Source: Nitrospirota bacterium
GTDB taxonomy: Bacteria > Nitrospirota > Thermodesulfovibrionia > Thermodesulfovibrionales > JdFR-88
Length of the DNA: 64,000 nucleotides
Assembly (NCBI GenBank): GCA_021789555.1
Contig: JAJYJK010000006.1
Span: 36,445-100,444, forward strand
Direction of reading: 5' to 3'
In this document: piece by piece, positions 36,806-46,204 of the stretch
How positions within the stretch are numbered: the stretch's first letter is position 1
Layout: each line of letters starts with the position of its first letter
Notes under the pieces: generated by a model
Told to the model about the DNA's origin: nothing
Seen by the model: the letters and a program-made list of their open reading frames with translations, nothing else
Databases searched by the model: none
Made by a program: the position numbers and the translations under genes

Positions 36806-38473
36806 TTATCCATTTATCTCTTTTACGTCGACTACCTTGCCGTCGAAAAGCTCCAGCGCCTCGCGCGTGAAAGGCCGTTCAACCGCCTTCTGAAGGAGGT
36901 CCTTTTTTGAAAGACCCTTTTCGCCCCCGCCCGAGACGCTTATCTTAAGCGGGGCCCCGAAGATCGCACTCGCCTCGTCTTCAAGCCACTGCCGGTCCTG
37001 TTGCAGGCTCCCCTCGAAGAGCTCAGGGTTCACATCCCTGAAGCGGAGGACCAGTTTTCCGTCCTCTATCCTGCCCTCAGCGATTTTTAGCGCCGACTGC
37101 AGCATCGGACCTTTGGCCCTCGCGGCCAGCAAGGCAAGTATTTCATTTGCATCTTTTGTCCCCTTCACCTGCCCGTCATCGGCTACGGGCGGCTTTACGG
37201 CCGGCGTCTTCGTTTTTTTCTGCGGCTCCGCCGGCGGCCCAGGTGGCAATGGCCCTTCAACCGCCCGCATTTTTACCGCGGGGTCGTGGACTGCGGGGGC
37301 CGCAGGGGCAGGCGGCGCAATCGAATGGATCGAATGGTTCGGAGGCGTTTCCTCAAGCATTTTAAGGGCCTCTTTCAGCGGCAGAAACGCCTTGAAGTAA
37401 CTCGCCTTAAGCAGGGCCATCTCAAGGGCCACCCGCGGGTTCGAGGAGAATTTCAGTTCCGGCTCCGCCTTGAGAAGCTCGGACAAGAGCGCAAGGAGCT
37501 GCTCTTCAGCAGCCATCGCCGAAAGCGATTTCAGGCTGCTCATCTGCTCCTCGCCGGCTTCAAGGGCCTCCTCGGGCCTCTTGGTGAGCTTGAATACAAG
37601 GATGTCCCTGGCAAGCCTTATAAAATCTTTAAGCACCTGCCTCAGATCGGCCCCCTTGTCCGCAAACCCGGCCACTCCGGAAAGGACCGCCTCCTTGTCG
37701 TCGGCAAGCACCGCCTCCATCAAGGCCGAAAGGCCCTGGTAATCCGTAATGCCCAGCAGCTCCCGCACCAGATCCTCGTCTATCTCCTGCGAGACCGAGA
37801 CTATCTGGTCCAGTATCGTAAGCGAATCCCTGATGCTGCCGTCGGCGGCCCTGGAGATTATCTCAAGCGAGCCGGGGCTTATCCTAAACCCTTCGGCAGC
37901 GGCAATCCGCTCCAGGCGTCCCCGTATCTCGCCGGCCGATACGCGCCTGAAGGGCAGGTGCTGGCAGCGTGAAAAGACGGTAAGGGGGATCTTTTTTGGC
38001 TCGGTGGTGGCCATCACAAAGACCACGTGGGCCGGGGGTTCCTCCAGGGTTTTTAGAAGGGCGTTGAACGCGGACTCCGATAGCATGTGGGATTCGTCTA
38101 TTATATAGACCTTGTACCGGCCGGCCGACGGGGCGTACTTGACCATCTCCCGGAGTTCCCTTATGTCGGCCACGCCGTTATTGGAGGCGCCGTCTATCTC
38201 CAGGACGTCCATGCTCGAGCCGCCCGCAATCGACAGGCAGAAATCGCATTTGCCGCATGGGTTTGGCGTCGGTCCCGCCTCGCAATTGAGGGCCTTGGCC
38301 AGAATCCTTGCCGTCGAGGTCTTCCCTACCCCCCGGGGCCCGGAAAATATGTAGGCGTGCGCGATCTTGCCCTGCAGGATGGAATTTTTCAGGATCCTGG
38401 CTACCGGCTCCTGGCCTACCAGATCTCCAAAGCCGGAGGGTCTCCATTTTCTTGCCAGAACGAGATAGCCCAT
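36806..38473 (-). CDS. dnaX: DNA polymerase III subunit tau/gamma
   Basis: GPRGVGKTS Walker A, a zinc module (CGKCDFC), the SRC motif (FSRCQ) and a Pro-rich linker containing an A7 run. Confidence 0.9.
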   Translation of the reverse strand: MGYLVLARKWRPSGFGDLVGQEPVARILKNSILQGKIAHAYIFSGPRGVGKTSTARILAKALNCEAGPTPNPCGKCDFCLSIAGGSSMDVLEIDGASNNGVADIRELREMVKYAPSAGRYKVYIIDESHMLSESAFNALLKTLEEPPAHVVFVMATTEPKKIPLTVFSRCQHLPFRRVSAGEIRGRLERIAAAEGFRISPGSLEIISRAADGSIRDSLTILDQIVSVSQEIDEDLVRELLGITDYQGLSALMEAVLADDKEAVLSGVAGFADKGADLRQVLKDFIRLARDILVFKLTKRPEEALEAGEEQMSSLKSLSAMAAEEQLLALLSELLKAEPELKFSSNPRVALEMALLKASYFKAFLPLKEALKMLEETPPNHSIHSIAPPAPAAPAVHDPAVKMRAVEGPLPPGPPAEPQKKTKTPAVKPPVADDGQVKGTKDANEILALLAARAKGPMLQSALKIAEGRIEDGKLVLRFRDVNPELFEGSLQQDRQWLEDEASAIFGAPLKISVSGGGEKGLSKKDLLQKAVERPFTREALELFDGKVVDVKEING

Positions 38474-38512
38474 ATCAACCGATTCGGATCAATTAAGATT
38501 AATCAACTCTCT

Positions 38513-38644
38513 CTCCGGAATCAAAGCCGGGCAGCGACTTGCCGCGGTACACAGCGAAAAATGCTTACCGTTGCTTCCTTCCGGACCTGGCGGAGTTCAC
38601 ACCTCACTGTTACGCAGGGCCGCTGTCCGGCTTTAATCCCGGAG
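38513..38644 (-). ncRNA. ffs: signal recognition particle RNA (small/4.5S type)
   Basis: The minus strand contains CCAGGTCCGGAAGGAAGCAACGG, the conserved domain IV motif. The ends CTCCGGGATTAAAGCCGG and CCGGCTTTGATTCCGGAG pair as the closing helix. Typical location upstream of dnaX. Confidence 0.8.
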
Positions 38645-38696
38645 TAGCCCACAGACATTTTAAACGCCGCGCCTAAAATAATCAAAAAGAAAAAAA

Positions 38697-38789
38697 TGGC
38701 GGAGAGAGTGGGATTTGAACCCACGGTGGAGGTATAAGCTCCACACACGATTTCCAGTCGTGCTCCTTCGGCCGCTCGGACATCTCTCC
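38697..38789 (-). tRNA. tRNA-Ser (anticodon GGA), CCA encoded
   Basis: Folded by hand: acceptor GGAGAGA/TCTCTCC, anticodon stem CACGA/TCGTG with loop CTGGAAA, a long variable arm, T-loop GTGGGTTCAAATCCCAC and a 3' GCCA. Confidence 0.9.
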
Positions 38790-38946
38790 TCGCTTCGAAT
38801 GTCCCGTCCCGCGCGCTGAAACCAAATCGAAAAATCTTTTAAAACCGCGAATTTCCGATAAGTTTTATATTACAACACGCCCGGAGGCTTTGTCAAAAAA
38901 GGCAGATAAGATCGGGGCTCCGCTTACGGATTTGGCGGGTGGGTTA

Positions 38947-39708
38947 TTAAAAAAGCCTGAGGCTCTCCTCGCTTGCCGTCTTTTTTCTGAACTCGCCAGG
39001 GGTAAAGCCGCTTAACTTTTTGAACTGTTTTATGAAGCTGCCAAGATCATTAAACCCCACCTCCGCCGCCACCGTCGATACCGACAGCGTACCTGTCTTC
39101 AGCAGCTCTTTGGCCCTCTCCACCCTGAGGCGCGCAAGGAAGCGCATGGGAGTGAGACCCATATGCCTCTTGAACGCGCGGCAGAGGTAGTGTTTGCTTA
39201 TACCCGCCTCCCTGGCGAGCCTTTGAAGACAGATATCGCCGGAAAAATTTATTTCCAGGTGGCTTACGGCCCGAAGAATATGCGGGGGGAGCCCACCCTC
39301 CCCCGTCCCCTCCCGGGAAGGGATAAAGGGGTGGGGCTCTCTTATGAAGGAGGGCGCCCTGTTTCGCATACTGAGGAGATTATGGAGCGCCCCTTTGAGT
39401 TCGATGATATTTACGGGCTTTTTGAAGTAATCCCCCGCCCCGGACCGGAAAGCGCCCACTATGATATCTTCGGAGCTTATGTCCGTAAAAAAGATGACCG
39501 GGATCGCCGGCCGCCCGGTCTTTAGCGCCCTCAAAAGTGAAAGCCCCTTTTCCACGCTGCGGCCGCAATCGAGCAATACGGCTTGCACTGCCCCGTTTGC
39601 CGCCGAGAGCGCGTCTCTTAATAAACAGGTTTCAATGCTGTAGCCTTCCCGCGCGAGAGGGCCGGCTAGTTCCGGGGAACTGGTCTCGGAGGCAACTAGC
39701 AGCGCCAT
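38947..39708 (-). CDS. response-regulator receiver domain fused to AraC-type HTH
   Basis: N-terminal REC-like fold (VLLDCG...PVIFFT) and a C-terminal AraC signature (LAREAGISKHYLCRAFKRHMGLTPMRFL...GFNDLGSFIKQFKKLSGFTPGEFR). Confidence 0.8.
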   Translation of the reverse strand: MALLVASETSSPELAGPLAREGYSIETCLLRDALSAANGAVQAVLLDCGRSVEKGLSLLRALKTGRPAIPVIFFTDISSEDIIVGAFRSGAGDYFKKPVNIIELKGALHNLLSMRNRAPSFIREPHPFIPSREGTGEGGLPPHILRAVSHLEINFSGDICLQRLAREAGISKHYLCRAFKRHMGLTPMRFLARLRVERAKELLKTGTLSVSTVAAEVGFNDLGSFIKQFKKLSGFTPGEFRKKTASEESLRLF

Positions 39709-39832
39709 TTAAATCAGATGATACTCTACTGCCCCGCCTTTTACAATTCCCCCTGCCCTTGATAAATTAGTATTAATAATTGTCATCGGATATAACGATT
39801 AAGATAGAAACACGCCGGGAGGTAAAAAACCC

Positions 39833-41119
39833 ATGGCCGGAGAAAAAAGGCTCTCCCTGATACAAGACGCCCCCCTCGAGGGCAAGGTCGTTCTCGTGAG
39901 GTTCGACCATAATGTGGTAAAAAACGGGGAAATCCGTGACCCATACCGGATAGACAGGAGCCTGGGCACCCTCTACAACATCGTGGAGCGTGGCGGAAGA
40001 CCCATCCTCATGACGCATGTCGGGCGCCCCAGGGGCAAGGACGGGCAGATCGCCTGCCGGCAGGCGGAATCGGTGAGACCGATAGTGGAGTATATCGAAC
40101 GCAAGCTGCACGTGAAATTCCTGGTGCCGGATTTCCCGGCCGAACCTGGGCAGGGGATAAAAAACATAGACACCTCGATAAACCACGCGATAAAGGCCCT
40201 GCGGCAGCACAGGGCCGGGGGCATATACCTGCCCAACACAAGGTGGTTCGCGGGCGAAGAGGCCGCGGGCGAGATGAGGGAAAGGTTTGCCCTCCAGCTT
40301 GCGGGGCTTGCGGACATCTATATAAACGACGCCTTCGGCTCATGGCAGCCCCATGTCTCGACTTTCGATATAGCCCGGCACCTGCCCAGCTTCGCCGGCT
40401 ATCTCATGCAGGAGGAGATAGAAAACCTAAATTATGTGCTTGCCCCCCAAAGACCGTTTCTGGCGGTCGTGGCGGGCTCCAAATACGATACGAAGATAGG
40501 GCCCCTCTACGCGATATACAGGAAGGCGGATTATATAGTCCTTGGCGGCGTCATCTATAACACCTTCCTCGCGGCAAAATACGGCATAACCATCAAGGGC
40601 ATAACGGCGGAGGACGTCGAGGCCGCAAGGGACCTGGTGGAGCAGGACCGGGCATCAGGGAAGATAATAGAGCTCCCCTACGTCGTGGAGTCCGATGACC
40701 CCGGCGCAAAGGAGGAAGGCAGGTACAGGACGGTCGCCGTCAGGGATTTCAAAAAGGGCCAGACCTATAATTATTTCCTGGATGTCGCGCATGAGTCCTT
40801 TGCCGACCAGAGAGTGCTTGAAAGCCTCCTTGCGGCAAAGACGATATTCGTAAACGCGGTGATGGGTTTTACGCCGCACTTCGTGGAGGGCTCCAGGGCC
40901 CTCGATGAGACGATAGACCGCAACACGCAGGCAAAAAAACTCTACGGCGGCGGCGACACGCTCCAGGAGTTCAAAAACCTCTGCCCCGGCCTTTACCTCT
41001 CCGTACTGGACAACGCGCAGTATTATTTTTTTACCGGCGGGGGCACCGTCCTTACCGCCATCGAGAAGGGAAGCCCCTACGGCCTGAAGCCGGTGGAGGC
41101 CCTGTTTGAAAAAGGGTAA
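39833..41119 (+). CDS. phosphoglycerate kinase-like protein (divergent)
   Basis: PGK-like blocks: VRFDHNVV, THVGRPRGK, YINDAFGSWQPHVST, YGGGDT and FFTGGGTVL. The canonical AHRAH substrate motif is replaced by SWQPH. Confidence 0.6.
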   Translation: MAGEKRLSLIQDAPLEGKVVLVRFDHNVVKNGEIRDPYRIDRSLGTLYNIVERGGRPILMTHVGRPRGKDGQIACRQAESVRPIVEYIERKLHVKFLVPDFPAEPGQGIKNIDTSINHAIKALRQHRAGGIYLPNTRWFAGEEAAGEMRERFALQLAGLADIYINDAFGSWQPHVSTFDIARHLPSFAGYLMQEEIENLNYVLAPQRPFLAVVAGSKYDTKIGPLYAIYRKADYIVLGGVIYNTFLAAKYGITIKGITAEDVEAARDLVEQDRASGKIIELPYVVESDDPGAKEEGRYRTVAVRDFKKGQTYNYFLDVAHESFADQRVLESLLAAKTIFVNAVMGFTPHFVEGSRALDETIDRNTQAKKLYGGGDTLQEFKNLCPGLYLSVLDNAQYYFFTGGGTVLTAIEKGSPYGLKPVEALFEKG

Positions 41120-41190
41120 GGGATTTTGGGCTATAATACTTTCAATTTTCAAAAGATAAAATTAAAATTGGAAATTCCTTCAAGGAGGGT

Positions 41191-42411
41191 GTGATGGGCC
41201 AAAACATAAAAAGGATAGGCATTATCACCAGCGGCGGGGACTGCGGCGGCCTCAATGCCGTCATCAAGGGGGTCGGGCTCATGGGGCTGTCCCTGGGCAT
41301 CGAGACCGTGATCGTCCCCAATGGCTACGCAGGGCTTTACAACCTGGCGGAGATGGAAAGCGTCGTGACCCTCACGCCCCTGAGGCTCTCGTTCATAAAA
41401 CCTTCGCTGGCCGGTTCCGAGGCGGGACATTCGCGGGTGAAGGTAAAAAAAATCGAAGACCCGGATAAATACGAGCGGATAAAAAGCGGCCTCAGGAAAT
41501 TCGGCATAGACGCCCTCATCATAAGCGGCGGCGATGACACGGGCAGCGTAATAGTGGACCTCACCGGACAGGGCATCTCATGCGTCCACGTGCCAAAGAC
41601 GATGGACCTCGACCTCCAGACCTATAGCGTGGGGGGCGATTCCGCCGTGAACCGGATCGCCGGCTTCATGCGCGACCTGCATACGACCGGCATGAGCCAC
41701 AACAGGGTCATCGTCATGGAGGTCTTCGGCCGTTACGCCGGGCATACGGCCTTCCGGGGTGGGATTGCCGGAGAGGCGGACTGCATCCTTATCCCCGAGG
41801 TCCCCGTGGACTTCGACGTCGTCTATAAACACATGAAGAAAAACTATACCGAGCGCGTCCTTCAAAGCGACGTGAAGGCCGGCACTTACGGCATCGTCGT
41901 GGCGGAGGGGATTACGGACGCCGCGGGCCAGGTCCTGTCGGACAAGTCCGCCGGCGTCGACGCCTTCGGTCATGTGAAACTGGCCGGGGCCGGCAAATAC
42001 GTCAGGAAAAAACTCGAGGAACGGATGAAAAACGACCCCGATATAACCGCCTTCATGAAAAAATCGTTCATGTTCACCCCCGGGGTCTACATGCTTCCCG
42101 AGATCAGGGAAGTGACCCCAGGCCACCTCGTCCGCTCCGGAGGCAGTTTCGCTTTCGATGTGAACTTCGGAATGCGCGTGGGCGCGGCGGCCGTACAGTT
42201 GGTGAAAGACGGCATCACGGGCGTCACCGTCGTGGAAGTAAAGGGCAACCGGATAGAATACATCCCCACCGCGGAGGCCATAAAGCAGAGAAAGGTGGAC
42301 CTGGAAGAACTCTCGCTCTACGAGAGCATGGGGCTTTGCTTCGGCCGCGAACCCGTGCCCTTCAAACCCGAGACCGTAAAAAGACAGTTGCCGATAGACC
42401 GGCACGTATAA
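41191..42411 (+). CDS. 6-phosphofructokinase family protein (GGDD motif suggests PPi dependence)
   Basis: IGIITSGGDCGGLN, ISGGDDTGS, PKTMDLDL, EVFGRYAGH and GHLVRSGG blocks. Confidence 0.8.
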   Translation: MMGQNIKRIGIITSGGDCGGLNAVIKGVGLMGLSLGIETVIVPNGYAGLYNLAEMESVVTLTPLRLSFIKPSLAGSEAGHSRVKVKKIEDPDKYERIKSGLRKFGIDALIISGGDDTGSVIVDLTGQGISCVHVPKTMDLDLQTYSVGGDSAVNRIAGFMRDLHTTGMSHNRVIVMEVFGRYAGHTAFRGGIAGEADCILIPEVPVDFDVVYKHMKKNYTERVLQSDVKAGTYGIVVAEGITDAAGQVLSDKSAGVDAFGHVKLAGAGKYVRKKLEERMKNDPDITAFMKKSFMFTPGVYMLPEIREVTPGHLVRSGGSFAFDVNFGMRVGAAAVQLVKDGITGVTVVEVKGNRIEYIPTAEAIKQRKVDLEELSLYESMGLCFGREPVPFKPETVKRQLPIDRHV

Positions 42412-42526
42412 AAGACATCTCCGCCGGGCGATGGCGGCGCTTACAGTCCGTTATCCCCTGGCGCTATTTCTCGAACAGCACCCACTTCCCGGGCCTCCTT
42501 TCACGCCTGACGGCTTATCCTTCAGT

Positions 42527-42668
42527 TGGTGGGAGGAGGCGGGGATGGCATGCGAGCGGATTTTTTTGCCGAAGCTGCTGCCCGGATGGCAGCAGCAGGC
42601 AAAAACCTCGGAGGCGGCCAGGACGGTCGCCGAGAATGATGCGAGCCATGTCATCCCCGCCTCCTCCC
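42527..42668. repeat. nested long-range inverted repeat (structured element / bidirectional terminator candidate)
   Basis: The 24-nt arms at 42527-42550 (GTGGGAGGAGGCGGGGATGgCATG) and 42645-42668 are reverse complements with one mismatch. The inner hairpin is gctgctgcc-cggat-ggcagcagc, flanked by tttttgc and gcaaaaa. Confidence 0.6.
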
Positions 42669-42682
42669 ACTGCAATGCCAAA

Positions 42683-44413
42683 TTACTTTAGAATCAATCG
42701 TTTCTTGTGCAAAACCTCAAGCATTTTATTAAGTTCAAACGTATTCACCACGTCTTTCGGCTCAAGCCAGGCCCTGCGGGCGATGGCAACGCCGTAGGAC
42801 ATATAATCAAAGTGCTCCAGGATATGGGTATCGGTGCTTATAACCAGGGGGATGCCCATGTCCCTGGCCTTTCTGGCCGTGATGTCGTTCAAGTCGAGCC
42901 TGGCCGGGAATGCGTTTATCTCGATTGCGGTCCCGGTGTCGGCCGCGACCCTCAGGACCTCCTCCATATCCACCTGGTATGCGTCTCTTTCCCCCAGGAG
43001 ACGCCCCGTCGGGTGCGAGATGGTCGTCACAAACGGGTTTCTCATCGCGGCCGTTATACGCCCGGTTATCTTCTCGGAGGTCTGCCTGAAACCCGAATGC
43101 ACGCTGGCGTTCACGATGTCCAGCTTGGAGAGGACCTCGTCGGGCAGGTCAAGCGTGTTGTCGCTTCTTATGTCCACCTCCACGCCTTTTAGTATCCTGA
43201 AACCCTTTAGCTTCCTGTTCAGGGCGTCTATCTCCGCTATCTCCTCCAGCATGCGCTCCACAGAGAGGCCGCGCGCGATGCCGAGCCCCTTTGAATGATC
43301 GGTGACGGCTATATAGGCCCATCCGCGGGCGATTGCGGCTTCGGCCAGCTCAAGGGCGGTGTTATGTCCGTCGCTGAGCTTTGTATGGACATGCAGGTCG
43401 CCCCTTATATCATCGAGTTCGATGAGCTTCGGGAGTTTGTCTGACAGCGCGGCCGCGATCTCGCCCGAATCTTCCCTCAGCTCCGGCGGTATGAGCGGAA
43501 GGCCGAGGACGCGGTAGACGTCCTCTTCCTTGCCGCCGCCAATTTTTTTGCCCTTCTTGTCGAATATGCCGTACTCGTTTATCTTAAACCCCCTTTTCAC
43601 TCCCATCTCCCGGAGCCTTATGTTATGCTCCTTGCTGCCCGTAAAATAGCAGAGCGCGGCCCCGAAGGAGCCCTCCTCCACCACCCTTAAATCGGCCTGC
43701 ATACCCTCGGCGAGTATGACGGTGGATTTGGTATCGCCCCTGGCAAGCACCTGTTTCACTTGCGGAAGATGAATAAAAATGTCCATTACCCGCTCGGGGT
43801 CATCCGAGGTGGCGAGGATGTCGATATCCCCGATGGTCTCTTTCCACCGCCTGAGGCTGCCGGCAATCTGGAGCTGCTTCACGGGGGCCTTTTCCCTCAG
43901 GTGGGAAATAATGTCCTGGGCGACCGGCAGCGCCTTGCCAAGCGGCCTTCTCCCGGCGCCTTTCCTTACAAGCTCAATCCCCCGCAAGATGTTTTGCTCC
44001 GTCTTGTCCTTTATCTTCGGGACCGCCGCTTTCAGCCGGTGCCCTGCGGCAAGCCTCTCAAGCTCGTCGATGCTCCCGATTGGAAATTTCTCATATATGG
44101 CCCTGGCCGTCTTCGGGCCGAGCCCCGGAATGCTCAGGAGCAGCGAGAGCCCGGCAGGCGATTTTCGCCTCGCGGCCTCGTAAGCCTTGCAGGTGCCGGT
44201 CTCCACGATCTCGAGGAGTTTTGAGGCCAGGTCTTCTCCTATGCCGGGTATCTTTTTAAGCTCGTCTTTCGACATCCCCGCTATGTCCCTGGGCAGGCCC
44301 TCAATGACCATCGCCGCCCGCCTGTAAGCGCGTATCCGAAAGGGGTTTTCCCCCGCCAGGTCGAGAATGTTGGCCATCTCCGAGAAAATCCTCGCGGCCT
44401 CGCTGTTTTTCAT
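42683..44413 (-). CDS. polX: DNA polymerase/3'-5' exonuclease PolX (Pol beta-like plus PHP domain)
   Basis: HhH motifs (IPGIGEDLA; IPGLGPKTA), an NT domain (GSLRRWKETIGDIDIL) and PHP motifs (GDLHVHT..., TDH). Confidence 0.85.
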   Translation of the reverse strand: MKNSEAARIFSEMANILDLAGENPFRIRAYRRAAMVIEGLPRDIAGMSKDELKKIPGIGEDLASKLLEIVETGTCKAYEAARRKSPAGLSLLLSIPGLGPKTARAIYEKFPIGSIDELERLAAGHRLKAAVPKIKDKTEQNILRGIELVRKGAGRRPLGKALPVAQDIISHLREKAPVKQLQIAGSLRRWKETIGDIDILATSDDPERVMDIFIHLPQVKQVLARGDTKSTVILAEGMQADLRVVEEGSFGAALCYFTGSKEHNIRLREMGVKRGFKINEYGIFDKKGKKIGGGKEEDVYRVLGLPLIPPELREDSGEIAAALSDKLPKLIELDDIRGDLHVHTKLSDGHNTALELAEAAIARGWAYIAVTDHSKGLGIARGLSVERMLEEIAEIDALNRKLKGFRILKGVEVDIRSDNTLDLPDEVLSKLDIVNASVHSGFRQTSEKITGRITAAMRNPFVTTISHPTGRLLGERDAYQVDMEEVLRVAADTGTAIEINAFPARLDLNDITARKARDMGIPLVISTDTHILEHFDYMSYGVAIARRAWLEPKDVVNTFELNKMLEVLHKKRLILK

Positions 44414-45168
44414 TTTTTACCTTTGCCAGCCAGCACTTGAAGATAAAGAGCGTTTTCAGGGGCAAAACCTCCCTGGTCGTTATTGAAATATATGAAGACC
44501 TCCTTGCCGGCCTTGCTGTACCGCCGGATGCGGCCGGCGTCCTGCCGAAGCTCCTCCTCGGAATAGGAGCCGCCGTAGGTCCCGTGTCCATGCCTCCGCA
44601 GGTATACGAAATCGGCCGTTTGGGGGAGTTCATCCAGAAACTCCGGCCAGTCCGCCATGCAGAGGGCATGGCCCGCGCCGGAGAGCATCCTTATGATGTC
44701 CTCCTCGCGCACCCATGTCTCGTCCCTGAACTCGAATGCGCATCTGCTTTTATAGCGTTCCAGCTCCTTCAGGAAATTTTGAAACCTCTCCACGTCCGCC
44801 TTGAAACCGGGCGGAAGCTGCCAGAGGACGACACCGGCCTTTCCCCCTAGAAGTTTTACATTTTCAAAGAACCTCGCCAGCGGTACGGCGGGGTCCTTCA
44901 ATCTTTTTACATGCGTTATGAAACGGCTGCCCTTGACGGATATGAGGAAATGTGCGGGGGTCCTTTCATGCCATCCCCGGAAGGCGGCCTCCGTGGGGAG
45001 GCGGTAAAAGGTGACGTTCAGCTCGACCGTATGGAATCTCGCCGCGTAATATTCGAGCCACTTGTTTTTGGCAAGCCCTTCCGGGTAAAAAGGGCCGCGC
45101 CAGTGGTCGTAGGAAAAACCGCTGCAGCCGATATGCACGCAAGGAGACCCGCGGGCCGCCATATGCAA
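44410..45168 (-). CDS. DUF72 (YecE/UPF0759) family protein
   Basis: GCSGFSYDHWRGPFYP...FHTVELNVTFYRLP is the typical DUF72 N-terminus. Confidence 0.8.
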   Translation of the reverse strand: MHMAARGSPCVHIGCSGFSYDHWRGPFYPEGLAKNKWLEYYAARFHTVELNVTFYRLPTEAAFRGWHERTPAHFLISVKGSRFITHVKRLKDPAVPLARFFENVKLLGGKAGVVLWQLPPGFKADVERFQNFLKELERYKSRCAFEFRDETWVREEDIIRMLSGAGHALCMADWPEFLDELPQTADFVYLRRHGHGTYGGSYSEEELRQDAGRIRRYSKAGKEVFIYFNNDQGGFAPENALYLQVLAGKGKK

Positions 45169-45208
45169 ATTCTACCATGATATCTGTTAGAATAAGTTTC
45201 GGTAAAAA

Positions 45209-46204
45209 ATGAGCGGTCAGTACAGCATAAAGATACCGGTCTTCGAAGGCCCGCTCGACCTCCTTTTGCATCTCATCAAGAAAAACGAGATAGATATCTA
45301 CGATATACCCATATCCCTTATAACGGGCCAATATCTTGAGTATATCGGGATCATGAAGGAGCTGAACCTGGAGATAGCCGGGGAATTCCTGGTGATGGCG
45401 GCGACCCTCATACAGATAAAATCGAGGATGCTGCTGCCAATCGAGGAGCAGGGGCCGGAGGGCGAAGGCGACGAAGACCCGCGCCTGGAACTGGTCCAGC
45501 GGCTGCTCGAATACCAGGCGTTCAAAGAGGCTTCCCTTGCCCTGAAGGAGTGGGGGCAGCAATGGTCCGAGGTACGATACAGGACGTCCGAGGACGAAGA
45601 GGAGCCGGATGAAAAAGGTGGTGAAACCCTTCCGCTCTCCGATATCTCGCTATTTGACCTGATCCAGGCCTTCCAGAGAATCCTTGAAAAGGCCCCGCCC
45701 GAGCTGCAAAACATCTCCAGGCAGACGCTCAGTCTGAACGACAGCGTCTCCAGGATACTGGAGCGGCTCGAAGAGAAGGAGACGGTCAGGTTCGAGGAGC
45801 TTTTTCCCGAAGGGGCCGCAAAATCCCACCTCATCGTGACCTTCGTGGCCATCCTGGAAATCCTTAAACTGGGCCTTGCCCGCGTATACCAGGAAGAGAA
45901 GTTCGGGCCAATATGGGTAATAAGGGCCGCAGAAGAACGGCTGGAAGACGATGCGCTGACGGCTGCGGAGCTAGGGGCTGTGGAACCCTCGGATATGGAG
46001 TCTATGGCTATGGAGCCAGGGGCTCTGGAGCCCAAAATGGCCCCGGAGGAGATATTCGGGGACGCGTATGCCGAAGACGCGGGGTTCGCCGCGCAGGAAA
46101 GTTTTCCGGAAGACGTGGCGGCCGGGGACGCCGGCTTGCCGGATGCCCTCCCCGGAATAAACGCTCTAACAGAAGAAAGCACGCAGGATGAGGCATCGCG
46201 ATGA
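45209..46204 (+). CDS. scpA: segregation and condensation protein A with long acidic C-terminal extension
   Basis: FEGPLDLLLHLIKKNEIDIYDIPI and VTFVAILEILK motifs. About 90 extra acidic or low-complexity residues at the C-terminus. Confidence 0.85.
   Translation: MSGQYSIKIPVFEGPLDLLLHLIKKNEIDIYDIPISLITGQYLEYIGIMKELNLEIAGEFLVMAATLIQIKSRMLLPIEEQGPEGEGDEDPRLELVQRLLEYQAFKEASLALKEWGQQWSEVRYRTSEDEEEPDEKGGETLPLSDISLFDLIQAFQRILEKAPPELQNISRQTLSLNDSVSRILERLEEKETVRFEELFPEGAAKSHLIVTFVAILEILKLGLARVYQEEKFGPIWVIRAAEERLEDDALTAAELGAVEPSDMESMAMEPGALEPKMAPEEIFGDAYAEDAGFAAQESFPEDVAAGDAGLPDALPGINALTEESTQDEASR

Noticed and set aside
36902-36908. Canonical A AAA AAG heptamer in the dnaX reading frame (TCA AAA AAG)
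   Set aside because: It has the same sequence and phase as the E. coli gamma frameshift site. However, it lies about 35 codons from the C-terminus, so it cannot generate a gamma-like truncation. The A7 run at 37213-37219 is positioned better.
38521-38748. 75-aa minus-strand ORF and overlapping plus-strand ORFs between dnaX and the AraC-type regulator
   Set aside because: The interval is explained by the SRP RNA (38513-38644) and tRNA-Ser (38697-38789). The ORFs are read-throughs of structured RNA genes.
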